The notes under the pieces: generated by a model
Told to the model about the DNA's origin: nothing
The model's input: the letters and a program-made list of their open reading frames with translations, nothing else
Database searches by the model: none
Program-made: the position numbers and the translations under genes
Part shown: positions 40,620 to 53,652 of the stretch, in pieces
Layout: every line of letters starts with the position of its first letter
Position numbering within the stretch: the first letter of the stretch is position 1
Assembly (NCBI GenBank): GCA_028534125.1
Contig: CM052816.1
Span: forward strand, 48,114,001-48,178,000
Source of the DNA: Lama glama
Taxonomy: Eukaryota
Reading direction: 5' to 3'
Length of the DNA stretch: 64,000 bases

Positions 40620-41070
40620 TTTTTTCTTCTGTTTTATTTTTTATTGAAGTATAGTTGATTTACAGTATTTCAAGTGTACATAAAAGTGAGTCACTTGTAC
40701 ATATATATGTATAGATGTATATCTTCTTTTTCAGATTCTTTTCCATTATAGGTTATTACAAGATATTGAATATAGTTTCTTGTGCTATACAGTAGGCCTT
40801 CGTTTATCTATTTTATATATAGTACTGTGTACCTAGTAATTCCAAATTCCAAATTTATCTCTCCCCACCTTTCCCCTTTGGTAATCATAACTCTGTTTTC
40901 TATGTCTGTGAGTCTATTTATGCTCTGTAAATAAGTTCAATTGTATCATTTTTTTAGATTCCACATATAGGTGATATCATATATTCGTTTTTCTCTGACA
41001 GACATCTGTTGGTGGACATTTAGGTTGCTTCTATATCTTGGCTATTGTAAATAGCTTTACTATGAACACT
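40620..41070 (-). mobile_element. Cetartiodactyl-type L1 3' end
   Basis: 'ttttattgaagtatagttgatttaca...tgtgctatacagtagg...ttttagattccacatat...ttggctattgtaaatag'. Confidence 0.9.
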
Positions 41071-41982
41071 TCACTTTATTTTTAAAAAATCTTATTTATC
41101 CCAAATGTTAAATATGGCAGAGTGGACTTAAGGACCTTAGAAAATGTAGTCTCTTTTAAAACTTCTTTAAGTCACTATTAAATATTTAAAATGTAAATAG
41201 AATTATGAATATGGAATTTTATTTACAATATATTACTTATGAGGACTAAGAGCCCTATATGGAAATTTATGTAATTTTTCTTGTGAATTATTTTCTGTCA
41301 AATGATAAGTAATTTTGGAGAATGCTATCTTTCAAATTTACTTTAAATCATCCCTTCAAGGACTTATTTACACAGATTGTACTACCCGTTAAATGAAAAG
41401 AATTAGAGTCAACTATGAAAGCGCTTGTTTTTTAAACTTGAGTGGATATAAATTCATCTAGAAAGAATGTTTATATTTAAATACAGACCAGACATAAATG
41501 ATGATGTTAACTGGCAATTTGCTATTATATTTACTATTTCCGAAAGTTAGAATGGCTTTCTGAGGTTATTTCCATGTGTAATAATTTTTTTAATTCAGTT
41601 TTTTTTTACTACAGACATGTATTCATACATTAAATTCAGTTTTTAAAAAATTCATTAATATCAAAGTTAAAAATCCATAGATGTGTGGTGTTTGTGATCC
41701 ATGATTTTTCTTGCCTAATCAACTTTTTCTTAAAATGTGTTCATATGAATATTTTACTGATATGAATCACTGCCTTTTATGTAAGTTTTTGAACTTTTCC
41801 AAGACATTACCCAATATTTCCTACTAATCTCTCATAAATTTGTATAGAGACTGTTTACCACATTCTTCATTTTTCTCAGCTATCTTAATGGATGCTGCCC
41901 ATTAGGTTACTGTAGACAATGCCTTCAAAATATACTAAAAGTGGATTAACTAAAATTTTAAAAATGATACTACTCATATCAA

Positions 41983-42648
41983 TGTGCCAGTTATGATTTT
42001 AGTCTCTCAGCTCCAAATACATATTGCACTGCCTGCTCTGTAATCCTGGAACTGGACCCCATAAATACTTCTTTGCCAGCTGTCATGAGGCTAAGCTTTG
42101 TCAGTAGATTGAACCTGAGGGACACTAGAAGACAAAGGGGTTTCTCCTCTGGGGCAGGTGAGTACCTATAGGCAGGATACTGGAATGCATATAATTTCTG
42201 CAATGCCCAGCTCTTGCACCAACTTTTGTAGCACTAGGCTTCCACAACACCTGGCTAAACAGAGGCGGGTAGACTTCACCTTCTCTGAACAACCTACCCC
42301 AGCACCCAACTCAGGCAGCTCTGAGCCTCAGTGAATGACTTCACTACCCAGAGTCACAGCTATTTTCTTTCCAATGATATCTGGATCTCAGTCTTTGGAA
42401 ATCATCAGGATGGAGAGGAAATGCTTCCATTTGTATTCCTTTCCTTGGGTGCTCTATTTCAGCCGTAGTGGTAGTTTTTGTACTTTACATCTTCTACTCT
42501 TATATTCGTTAGAGGTTTATTTACTCATTCCTAGCCAATCCTCTGTTTCTCTAATTCCCTGTTATAGTTAGTAATTCTTCATATTGAACTTTTCCTATTC
42601 AAATTATTGAATGGTTTCTCTCTCCTGATTGGTCTTTCATTAACATAA
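41983..42648 (+). mobile_element. Old ERVL-class solo LTR (LTR52-like)
   Basis: Starts 'tgtgccagttatg...tctctcagctccaaat'; ends 'gtttctctctcctgattggtc...'. Confidence 0.65.
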
Positions 42649-43417
42649 CTAATAACAAACAGTTATGTATACTATACACCCTCAGTGAGATTGAAGATTT
42701 TCCATTGTACATTGTTGAAGAGATATCTGTGTATAAGATATGCCTAAGATATCTATGGAGTAGGTAGAAGCCCAGGAACCCACCAAGAAAAGGATTTATT
42801 CATAATACAACTTCCTTCTAATAACTTGGCTTACAGCGACATTGAAACATAGGTAATAGGGTGCTGGAAAGCATTTAATTAGAGGAGGTAACTTGCCGAG
42901 GCAAAGAAATTAATGCAAATAACCACAAGAAGACACTTTTAAACAAATAAATGCGGCAAGTTCCAAGTCAATTTTACTTTTACATTGAAATAAATAGATT
43001 TAATGCATGAATGTGCAAGAGAAGTAGTCATTCCCAGTCAATTTTATATTCCTGTTGTGATTAAGTGATGCATGAGTCCACCGCCGACTTAGGTTTAAAA
43101 CAGAATACATGTCAATTTGAAAAATATTTAAATTCACTTCAGATATTTCCACTCTAAAAGTGTCTGTTAAGTTAGGAGTCAATGGAATTCTAAGTAAGAA
43201 AAAGTAAACGCTTATCAAGGAAGTGACTTCATCATCTGTGCACTCCTAGTGGCTAGCACAGGTCCTTATGCATTTTGGGCACTCAGTAAAAATTTGTTGG
43301 AAGACTGGGTTTAGCTATATGTGGCTAGGATTTTACTTTCCCTTTTATAAAGTACAATATTAAAAGATTTAACACTGTGAGGAAGAGACTAGAACTGTAA
43401 CTTTATGTACCTATAAT

Positions 43418-43881
43418 TGTGAAGGAAAAACCAGGCTGGTCTAACAAAATAACTCACAAGTCTAGGAATGTGAAGGAGAGGCTGGGCTGGTCTAACAAGA
43501 TAATTCACAAATGTAAGTATTGGAATACTGATCTGAGTTCTGCTGGACTAACTTGTAAATCTAAGTTAAGTAGTGTTGGTTTGCTGTTTATGTTTTTTGC
43601 TAGCCATCTGGATTTTCAAAGATACATATCTGGCTTTGGAATGTTGGTTTGCTGCCTCCCCGCCTCCACTTTTGTGATGATAATGCTGCTAAAGCTGTTC
43701 CATGCCTCTTGGCCAAATACCCCAAGCTTGTACTTTACCCTCTAAAACCTCATGTGCACGTCTTGGAGGTGCTCAGAGCTTCCGAGCAGAAGCCCCTCTG
43801 AGCCCGCCGGTGTAGTACATCTGAGTACTCCAACCCTCCGAGTGGTGCTTGTTTCTTGACTGGCCTGTCGTTTCCGTAACA
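43418..43881 (+). mobile_element. Relatively young ERV solo LTR (ERV1-like)
   Basis: TG...CA ends, retained CpGs, flanks taat/ttat, 51-bp tandem duplication at the 5' end. Confidence 0.8.
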
Positions 43882-44146
43882 TTATAGCAAACTGATCTTT
43901 GTTCATAAAATATAGCCTTAACTGTAGGCAGTACTGCCAGGCAGGAGCTGTTTTCACCTTTTTCTGGCGACCAGAAGAGAGTGGAGAAGATAAAATCTTT
44001 GCTTTGAAAACAATGGAAAATATTTACAGATTTTATAACATTGTAAGGTCACCATTATTATTGCAAGCCATCTCCTGACTTATCAGTGGGGCACATTTTT
44101 ACCACATTTGTCTTTAACATATTCTTTGTAGACAAACAGTTTCGTT

Positions 44147-44641
44147 AGTGAACAAAAAATACTGCAAACCATATCAGTAAACAAAGAATGCTGAAACCAT
44201 CAAGTCATCAGCGGCTGCCGCCACCCCCTAGTGAAAACAAGCCTGCAGCCTGGCTTCTGAAGCCACACACAATGGTGCACTCTGAGGACACTCAGAATAA
44301 GAAAGGACTAGATAATGGCCCTAGATAGCTACATGCTTGTTAAAGGAATGAATTCAATGAGTCCAAATGTTTGCTTCCTCCCATATAGAAAAGCGCTAAA
44401 GTCTTTCCCTAGAGATGTCTGGTTTTCTTAAGTTAACAAGTAATCTTTAATGTTCCAACTACCTGGTCTTTGTGGTAAAGCTCCTATATATCCCAGCTCC
44501 TCCCTGACCTCTTTGGAGCAGTCCCTCAGAGTGATCTGAGAGGCTGTCATCCCCGGCTTGAAGGGGTTCGAGTCCTCAGACATGTCTACCAAATAAAACA
44601 TAACTCTCAACTTTTAGGCTGTGTATTTATTTCAGTCGACA
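44147..44641 (+). mobile_element. ERV1-like solo LTR, copy A
   Basis: Ends 'gtcgaca'; TATA-like 'cctatata' and aataaa; flanks cgtt/tgtt; homologous to 45725-46201. Confidence 0.88.
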
Positions 44642-44679
44642 TGTTCAAGTGGATTCTAAGGAATTGTTTGCCTTTTAAG

Positions 44680-44940
44680 GAGTCAATGTAGTGGCAGCAA
44701 GAAGAAATATATCAAGAGCTAAAAGATGTGGATTCTTGTCCCCAGTCCTCCAAATTCCCCATCAGTCCCTGCCCAATATCACTTCATCTCTGTTCTCTAG
44801 GACAAAGTAAGCTAAATAGTATAAGTGTTAATTTCTCCATTTGCAGATGACAATGATAGTTTGTATTGTCTCACATCACTGAGTTTTTTGAGGATTCAAG
44901 GAGATAGTGTAAGTAAACATATTTTAGAAACTGTTAATAA
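44680..44940 (+). mobile_element. MIR
   Basis: 'aatttctccatttgcagatgacaatgatag...tttttgaggattcaaggagatagtgtaagtaaa'. Confidence 0.6.
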
Positions 44941-45079
44941 CAGGTATAGAATATTTTATAAATAGAACAAATTATAAGGCATGGTTAAAAGGCATGTTTC
45001 CACAAAGTTAGTACAGATGTACTGATTAGTATTTGGATGGGAGCCTACCTCTCTGTCAATAGAGGTGTGTTGGACATTA

Positions 45080-45310
45080 TTATAGCACAAGTTTGAAATC
45101 AACTTAGCATGGGTTAAAATCCACCATCTGTCCTTTACTAACTGAAAATATTCTGGGCAAGATACTTAATCTCACTCATCTCATTTTTTCCCATTTGTAA
45201 AATGGGATAATAAGGCTTAGTTTATAGAATTGTGGGATATAGATAAGATGAGTATGCTAAGTACGTATCATACAATATGTGAGACCCAGTAAATCCTCTA
45301 CTAATGATAT
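45080..45310 (+). mobile_element. MIR
   Basis: 'ctgggcaagatacttaatctc...ttttttcccatttgtaaaatgggataataa'. Confidence 0.75.
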
Positions 45311-45514
45311 CTCATTGTATAATCAGTTATTTTGCACATAGATGACAAACTAAACTAATTATATATGTACACCAAAATTGGGATTTTTGTACAACTACTT
45401 TAGGTCTTCTTCACCTAGTCATTTTTCTGAAATCTTTAGATGTAGATTAGATGAATCAGTCTAAGATGATAAAATGATGCAGAATGTATGGAACCCTGTT
45501 GAGTTGAGTTGGTT

Positions 45515-45690
45515 GGTAGTTTTCAGCTTTCATGTGCATAAAAATCACCTGGGGCACTTGTTATAAATGCAGATTCTCAGATTTTAGTTCCAGAGATTTG
45601 ATTTTTGGTAATTGTGCGCCCTGCAGATTAATGTCTAAAAGCACCTTGGGTGAGTCTGATGTGAGAGATGCTACTTTGAGAACTATTTCT
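45515..45690. mobile_element. MER5A-like hAT MITE
   Basis: 'aatcacctggggcacttgttataaatgcagattctc...ggtgagtctgatg...actttgagaact'. Confidence 0.75.
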
Positions 45691-45724
45691 TTAGTGTATG
45701 CCATGTTTAGAGGGATGATGCTAG

Positions 45725-46201
45725 TGTGAACGAAAAATACTGCAAACCATATCAGTAAACAAAGAGTGCTGAAGCCATCGAGTCATCAACCACTGCTGCC
45801 ACCCCCCACAGTGAAGACAAGCCTGCAGCCCAGCCTCTGCAGCCATTCACAATGGTGCACTCTGAGGGGACTCAGAATAAGAAAGGACAGGATACTGGCC
45901 CTAGATAGCTAGGTGCTTGTTAAAGCAATGAATTCAATGAGCCCAAGTGTTTGCTTCCTCCTATACATAGAAAAGCACTAAATTCTTTAACTTGAGATGC
46001 CTGTTTTTCTTTAGATAACAAGTGGTCTTTTATTATTCCAACTACCTGGTCTTTGTTGTAAACCTATATATCCTAGCTCCTCCCCTGCCTCATCAGGGCA
46101 GTCCCTCAGAGGGATCTGAGAGGCTGTCATCCTGGCTCAAGTCCTCCCGCCAAATAAAACATAACCCAACTTTTAGGCTGCGCCATTTATTTTAATCGAC
46201 A
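45725..46201 (+). mobile_element. ERV1-like solo LTR, copy B
   Basis: tgtgaac...atcgaca, flanked by perfect ctag/ctag 4-bp TSD. Confidence 0.92.
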
Positions 46202-46910
46202 CTAGTTAAATATGTTTGTAACTTTTTCATTGTGTATGTATGTCAGCATAATCTATGATTTCCACTTCTCCTAAAAGGCTTTCCCTTTGTTACAGTAAGG
46301 CAAAAAGGAAAATATTTTGGATCCAAACGATGTGACATAGTTGAAATAGCTGCCTTACAAAAACAAGTTTCAAACACCACGATATGACACATAAGACTGA
46401 GAAAGACTTAAAGAGTTCAAAAAGACTTCAAGAAATAAATCTAGGGAAATATATATTTGCTTTTTATAAATTTTTCTGTGCATTTTGAATTGCTCTATTT
46501 GGTGATGTTGATCTATTTTCCAGTTGCATTTCTGACAGTTTTTAGAGGATGGTCATGTAAATAAGAAACAGAAAAAGAATTATTTTTGCCTTTTCGTAGA
46601 TAACATAAAATCCCTGAGGATATTTCTAGTGTTTAATTGCTCGATCTTTGAGTTGTTTGCATAATATATTCTAAGAATTTAGAGATTTTGCCAACAATCA
46701 TACTAATTTCATTGATCTGAATGTGGTTCATGTTGTTTCAATTTGAATGCTTGTATTATTAAAATATTTTTTCCAAATAGTAACAGGCTTACCAAAAGAA
46801 AAATTGTTATTTATTTAAACATGTCTATATAAACATAACCTCACACTCCAACTTACTGTAGGACTTTAGAATTAAGCTAAAGGATTTGTCAAACAATTGA
46901 GATTAATAAT

Positions 46911-47396
46911 ATTTACCACAATAGGAATAATAAAGTAGTGATCGTTCTGATAGTTAACATTGGCTGAACACTTATTACTTGCCATTTAAGCTACAAAAAG
47001 TTAATTTAGATTTTTAAAAGGAAATAAGTGCATGTTTTTATTTTCCATTTCCTTCCAAATGGAAAGGAAAATACTTTATTCTATCATTAAAAATTTGTGA
47101 AACACTTCTTTTTTAACATTTAAAATTTATTCTTACTTCTTGAAGCAAATTTTAGTGTACCATTTAAGTTTTTTAAATTTTAGAGTCAGATAAGCTGGTT
47201 CAGCTCCCAGTGTTACCACTTAAAAATCTGGGTAACCTGAGCATGCTACTCTGAAACTCAGTTTCCTCAACCTTAATATAGAATAATAAAAGCATCTATT
47301 TTGTAAACTGTTACAGTTTACATGGCAAGTAGTAAGTGTTCAGCCAATGTGAACTATCAGAACGATCACTACTTTATTACTACTATTGTGATAAAT
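46911..47396. repeat. 82-bp inverted repeat (46911-46992 and 47315-47396)
   Basis: Manual ungapped alignment 75/82 identical; 322-bp spacer. Confidence 0.92.
47180..47360 (+). mobile_element. MIR
   Basis: 'gagtcagataagctggttc...ctctgaaactcagtttcctc...agtaagtgttcagccaatgtgaactat'. Confidence 0.7.
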
Positions 47397-47429
47397 TTTT
47401 TGGCTAGGAAATAATTTAGTCACTCATAT

Positions 47430-47707
47430 ATCTTGGTAAAAAACTACTGCTAATCACAAAGAACAGATATCTCAAGTTAATGATTTTCAGGTTCTCCTAT
47501 GTTTGGGAATATGTAAGAATCTAGGGCCACTGAAATTCTTCCTGAAATATGCATCTAATTTTCTAGGGGCCTCGTTTACTCAAAGCACAGAGTCCTACCT
47601 TTTTTTCTTTCTTGAATTCCCTTCAGGGTGATGACTGCAGTGGGTTGCAACATAACCCTTATATAACTGGATTTGGGTGATGCTCTTTGTTCTTTTTATG
47701 TTCACAG
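47430..47707 (-). mobile_element. Partial LTR related to the 44.1/45.7 kb family
   Basis: Reverse complement starts 'tgtgaac' and shares 'ggcccctaga', 'ttaacttgagatatctg' blocks. Confidence 0.65.
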
Positions 47708-48984
47708 TGTTATTGGAATCTTCATGTTTAATTAAAATAAATAATATAAAACAATGGGCTAGAGTTTGAGTGCGTTATCACTTAACACTAAAAATTTACC
47801 AAAAATGACAATGACAATGACACTAATGCTGAATAGAAAACAGAGTCAGGTGCCAAAGTTATCAGTCCACCAAAGAAACTACATGCTCTCATTCTTATTG
47901 TATTAAAAGATGGTATTCATTAGGGAAAATGAGGAAATTAAATAATTATTTTAAATTTATTTCATAAAAGTCAATCAATTTTTTGAGCTGCACTTATTTG
48001 CCAGGTACTATGTTAGAATAGACTTTTTAAAGTTGTTCAACTTAATTAAATCATATTTTTATATAGCCTTAAGCCCCTTCCTCACTTATTCCTCTATTGA
48101 AATGTTTTCCGTAGTGTAGTAACAACATAACACTTGTGAGAAAATTTGGACCATCAATTTTTTTTATTTCCATCCTTCAGTAACCTTGGGCTTCTAAATA
48201 TCACCTACAAAATAAAGCAGTGTAAAAACCTTATGTTGCTCCTTGACACAATTCTTAATTTCTATTATGTTAATAGCATTAATGTCACAGCAGGAAAACT
48301 CTTAATTTAAAATGAAATTTATGAAATATATGAATGATGTCTTTATCAGGCAAATATATTGTTTTCATCTTTCAGCAAAAAATTGTCAAACCACATATTC
48401 ACTATAATATGTGCAATATCTCTCTTTTTGGATTGGTAAAATTAACGTCACAACTTGAAAATAAATACTTCAAAACTAAAAATGAATCTCATAATTTTTC
48501 CTTATTTTACATTAGAAAGTAACAATTCTCAGAAGCTCTCATTTTGAAATTAATAATCAAATAATATGTGATTACTATCTCAGAATACTTTAAATGAATT
48601 GATAATTGAAGTAACATTTCTAATTGGTGGTAATATTGTTTAATGTAAGGTAATAATATTTATATGCAAATATGAATATGTAAATGCCAATTTCCATCCT
48701 TAAATGATAGAAATTGGGGTATAATGAGAAAATCTATTTGTTTGCCTCATATACTGAAAGAAAATTGAGTTTAAGATGTAAATATAATATTTCCAATAAT
48801 ATTTCAAAACAGAAAAGATCACAAATAGGATTGTATACTTCAGAAAAATTCAAAGATAATTTCTGTGCCCATCTTTTTGTTGTTGTTGTTGTTTAGGCAG
48901 AGAATAATGAGTAAAAATGATAGTTTCTGCTCTTAAAATGAACCAAATATTTAAACAGGATATTAGGATGAATTTCCAAAAGAG

Positions 48985-49200
48985 CAGTTCATTCATTTAT
49001 TCATCCTGCCACGTGATAAGTATTTACTGAGCACCTTACTACTTGAAATTCTCAGGCTCTGAGGAAAGAGACATGGAGGAGAGAAGCAATCTTCCTCACC
49101 CTGCCCCTGCCACACACACACATGCTGGGCTTCTGATAAGAAATGACATATTTTCACTGAAGATTATGTCAAATATAAAGAGCCAGCTAGGTAAAGAGAG
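48985..49200 (-). mobile_element. L2 3' end fragment
   Basis: 'ttcattcatttattc...aagtatttactgagcacc'. Confidence 0.6.
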
Positions 49201-49484
49201 AGAGCTTTAAGAAGACACAACCTCAATATAGAAATAAAAAGACACAGATACATTTAGTATGTTACCAAAGTACCAAAAAGAAAAACAAACAAACAAAAAT
49301 GTTCCTTGACAAGAAAGTGATCTCTTTCTATCTACAATACAAGAAAAATTTGATATTACTTTTACATAAATTATTATCTATCATCTGCCCTGAAATAAAT
49401 TAGAAAAACCTACTTTGGAAAATGAATTAGGTTCTGAGAATTATTTTAAAATATGTCCTTTTTAACTCTACAAAATGCAAATCT

Positions 49485-50107
49485 TATATGATTCAAGGAC
49501 AAGTAAGAGGCCCCATAGAGAGCCAAAAGGGACTCCAGTCACAAGATGTCTCCCTGTGCCCTAATAACTCATGCCTTGAAGACATAATCCAGAAAACACA
49601 AAGAACATTCCTCTCCCAACATGTAAAGTAATAGCTTGGGAACTAGCTTCTGTGGGATCCACAGACATCTGGCAGATTCCTGCTCTCAGTCCCCTCAGGC
49701 ACCAGGCTGCTGCCCTTTAAAGAAAACAAAGCTTTAGCTACACAATGCTCAGAAGCCTGATTTCCTGAACTGGTCATGCCTGCCCCCTATGCAAATCCCT
49801 ACGCCTACCCTTTCATGACTCCCTCCCTTTTCTGTTGCCTCAACATTAACCAATCAGAGAATTGTGCATGAACTGATCACGCACCCTGGAACCCCTATGT
49901 GCCTGATGTCATGTAAGCAAAAAGAGTTAAATGTAACCCTTCTTTATAAAAGAACTCATCAACTTGGCACCTCAGGGTGCACAGTCACCTCTCATCTGTC
50001 TGCCCAATGTGCCTATAGCAGCATATCTAATACTTTTCTTTCACTTTTCTCTGTTTCTGGTAAATACTTTTTCCATTTGTAGTACCAGCCTGCCTTGTTC
50101 CACAACA
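49485..50107 (+). mobile_element. ERV solo LTR
   Basis: CCAAT ('ccaatcag'), TATA-like 'ttataaaa', ends 'caaca'; aatct at 49480-49484 and 50108-50112. Confidence 0.75.
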
Positions 50108-51039
50108 AATCTCTTGATTTTCTGTACTTCATTCATTATGAATATGAATGGTTAAATGGCCAACACTACTGCACTATTATAAAATCAAAATAAAATTGTA
50201 ATAAAAGTACTTTTATCAAAGTAGTCCTCAAATAATTTTCAGGGTTATCTTTTGGAAAGATATTTTATTAATCAGCCATGAAACTAAACAATGTTCCAAT
50301 TTGCAATGGAGTTTAAATATTTCAATAATATTTTCTATTACAATATAATTTTAAACATTACCATTAGTTTTCAATGATGAATTGAACATCTGGCAAATTC
50401 CAATATCAATATCTTTGAATTTGAATAAATAATAAAGTTTTTTTTAATGTGTTATGGCTATTTTTTCCAGTCATATTAACAAGCAAGGAAAATTGCAGAT
50501 AATATTTTTCACACTTGTGCTTGATACCAATCATGAATCTAATCTAAAGAATTAGCCTACAGTGGTCTAATTTTCTAGTTGCAAACAGATATACTCTATG
50601 GCTTCCTGACATCTCCAAATCTATATAGGAAATCATAACTAGAAGCCAGGGCTTATAGGTGAGGTAACTAAAGTAGAACTCAGTTGTGTTCAGAATTGTG
50701 TTAAGAGTGGATTATGACAAGTGGCAACATTCCTATGAACCTAATGCTCCTTGATTACCTAATAGGTTGACTGCCTGCACAAGGACAGTTGGAAGATTAC
50801 AACCACATTTGGTAGGGATACTAAGTGTCAGGAAACACTGTCTTAGAACCACAACATCTCAAACTAGACTAGCAGCAGCAAGAAAGGTAACCATAAGGCT
50901 ACATAAATGAGAAGCTCACTATTACATTTGATTGATTGACGGGTTTTCTTCTTTTATTTTAACGACCACAGACACAGAGGTTTGAATTGCTTATGTTACT
51001 CAGTTAATTACAATTACCATCTTTGATTCTTCCAAGATC

Positions 51040-52340
51040 TTTTTCCACTTTTTTATTCCCACTAATTCCCACACTCCAGTATCATTTTTTCTTTACTTCT
51101 ACTCCTAATAAGTAATCTATTTGGCTTAATGTGTACCTTTTTGTGTGCATGTGTCCTTTCCAATTGTGTATTGCTGCTTTGGGTGTATGTATCATAAATT
51201 TATGTATATGGCTTTGGTTACATACTTTATTCCTTTTCTTACCGTTTTTATGGTAAAACATATGTCTTAAGATTCCTTTATTTTTCTGGGTCTATATATT
51301 AAATATTTGGATACCAGTGGCTGCATAATACTCCACAGTGCATAGATTCATTCCATTTTACCTCTCATTTCCCGACTGAATAATGCCAAAATTGCTCCCA
51401 AATCTCACTACCACAAATAACATTTCAGTGAACATCCTTGTACGTATTTCCTTATGGACCTGTGTATGTATTTCTTTTAAAGCTGCTGGTTCATATGGTC
51501 TATGTGTTCTTAATTTGCATAAGTAATATCAGACACTTTTCCAAAATGGCCACGTCAGTCTATATTCTTCCCGGGAATTGAGCATAAAGGAATCATTATG
51601 AATCATTGAGGGAACGACACTGCTGGTGGAACATAGGTTTTTAATTCTGTAAATTCATTGCTTATAAACTGTGCTATCCTCTTGATTTTTAGGTGTTCCT
51701 TGTATATTCTAGATATTAGTCCCTTGGTTGGTATTAGATATTGCAAATACCTTCTTTCATGATAACATTTGGTTGGCAATTTTTTACAGGATATTGTTAT
51801 TTGAAAAAAGTTCTTATATAACAAGCTGTAACAAGTTTTAGATTTATGGTTTAGCTTTTGAAAGGTTTTTTAAAGAAAATACTTCCCTGCCTTAGATCAT
51901 AAAGCTATTGTCCTCTGTTGTTTTTCTATTTACCTTAACGTTTTATCTTTCACATTTAAATCTTAATTTATCCAGTTCTACCTTTGCAGCGTTAAGCACA
52001 GCTAAAATTTTGTTTCGCTACACAGAATGAGCAATTGATCCAAAGTCAGTCTTCTAGATAATCCGTTCTCTCCCCATTGATGTAAAAGTCTAACTTTGTC
52101 ATGTATGGGTATTTCACTTGATATGTCTATTCTTGCATCAGGAAAGCACTGGGTTCTATTTCTATAGTTTTATAATGTATCTTAATATTTGGTGGTGCAA
52201 ATTTATACTTTTATTACTCTTTATTAAGATTGACTTAACTGTTTGTGGGCTTTTATTGCTTCATACCAATTTTAGAATAAGATTATTCACTTCATCAAAA
52301 CACCAGCTGAATATTTTAATATGGATTTTAATAACTTTGC
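51040..52340 (-). mobile_element. Ancient L1 (L1ME-like) fragment
   Basis: 'gtgaacatccttgtacg...gctgctggttcatatgg', 'tatattctagatattagtccc...attgcaaatac'; ORF 51603..51824 ends ..KGLISRIYKEHLKI. Confidence 0.8.
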
Positions 52341-52379
52341 AATATAATCCAAATTTCTAATGGAATTAGCTGACATGCA

Positions 52380-53200
52380 AGATAGAGTCCCTGTTCTCAT
52401 AGATCAAAAATCAAATAAAATTCCAGAATTCTTATTAGTTGATATAAACAGCAAATCTCTAAAGAAAAATATAAGAAGATAATACAAGGTATTAAACTTA
52501 ACAATAAATCAAAACATATACATAAATAGCACCCTGTAAGAAATCATATTTTATTTTCATATTGGAAAAGATTCAAAAGATTGACCTTACTGAGAACAGT
52601 TGAAAGTACTGTGAAATGGATAGACATTATCAGATGTGTTACTGGAATAAAAAATTGAGTCAAAATTTCATGAGAACATTTTGTTAGCATTAAAAATACT
52701 TTAAATGTTCATAATATTTAATCCAAAATTTATAATTCTGGGAATCTGAAAATACATGATGAAAAAATATGCAAAATGTATGTACAAGGATACTCATCAC
52801 AGAAGAGACTGGCATTGATCTAAGGATCTTCAAAAAAGAACTGAGTAAATATAGTATGATACAGATCACATAATGAGATATTAGTAAAGATTAATTTACT
52901 TGCACATTAATTTTAACATTTTTTATTTCTGCCCAGATTAATGTTTAATTGAGACTCTCTTCTACTGTATGCTATACAACTATTTAACTCATGGCACAGA
53001 TGTGAATGGTTTATATGAAATAAACCCTGACTAAATTACTGGTTCATTAAAAGCATGTTACAAAAGATCACTATATATAATATGATTGCTTCTGACAATT
53101 TATATACTTATGTATAAGTAATAACTGGAATTACTAATTCTAGTACTTATATCTAGAAACAAATTTTCCTTTTATTCATTTTAGTTTGGAATCTTTATTT
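52380..53200 (+). mobile_element. Highly degraded L1ME-like 3' fragments
   Basis: 'tgtacaaggatactcatcacag', 'tttaatccaaaatttataattctgggaatct'. Confidence 0.45.
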
Positions 53201-53507
53201 TAAGAAAGTGTATTTTCATAATCACAAAATGTAATTAAAGCAATTTCATTCTGAAAATAGGACCTGGATTTATTCAAAAGAAAGATTTTTTTAAGGAATT
53301 CATAAATGATTCTTTTAAAAATCATAATCCCTCTATATTTATTGTATGAAGAAATTCTCAAACAGTTTATGCTCTTAAGACTGTTTTGATTATAAGAAAA
53401 TTTGGCTGGAAATCTGCAACATGCATCACTTTTGCTAGTTAAGTAATTTCAAAAAGAACTAGAGATGCCTCATATTATTGAGGAATAAAATTAACAGGCT
53501 GGGGACT

Positions 53508-53652
53508 GGGGAGGGTATAGCTCAAGTGGTAGTGCACATGCCTAGCATGCACAAGGTCCTGGGTTCAATCCGCAGTATCTCCTCTGAAATAATCAATCAA
53601 TCAGTCAATCAATCAATCAAATTCCCCTCCTCGCCAAAAAAAAAAAAAAAAG
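53508..53652 (+). mobile_element. Camelid-type tRNA-derived SINE (Vic-1-like) with (aatc)n and poly(A) tail
   Basis: A-box 'tagctcaagtgg', B-box 'ggttcaatcc', tail (aatc)n then A17; 'aggct' on both flanks. Confidence 0.88.

Noticed and set aside
44147..46201. Two-LTR provirus
   Set aside because: Each LTR has its own TSD, and the spacer contains MIR/MER5 relics with no PBS, gag or pol similarity
53508..53582. tRNA gene
   Set aside because: tRNA-like head followed by a SINE tail and poly(A), with no proper acceptor stem
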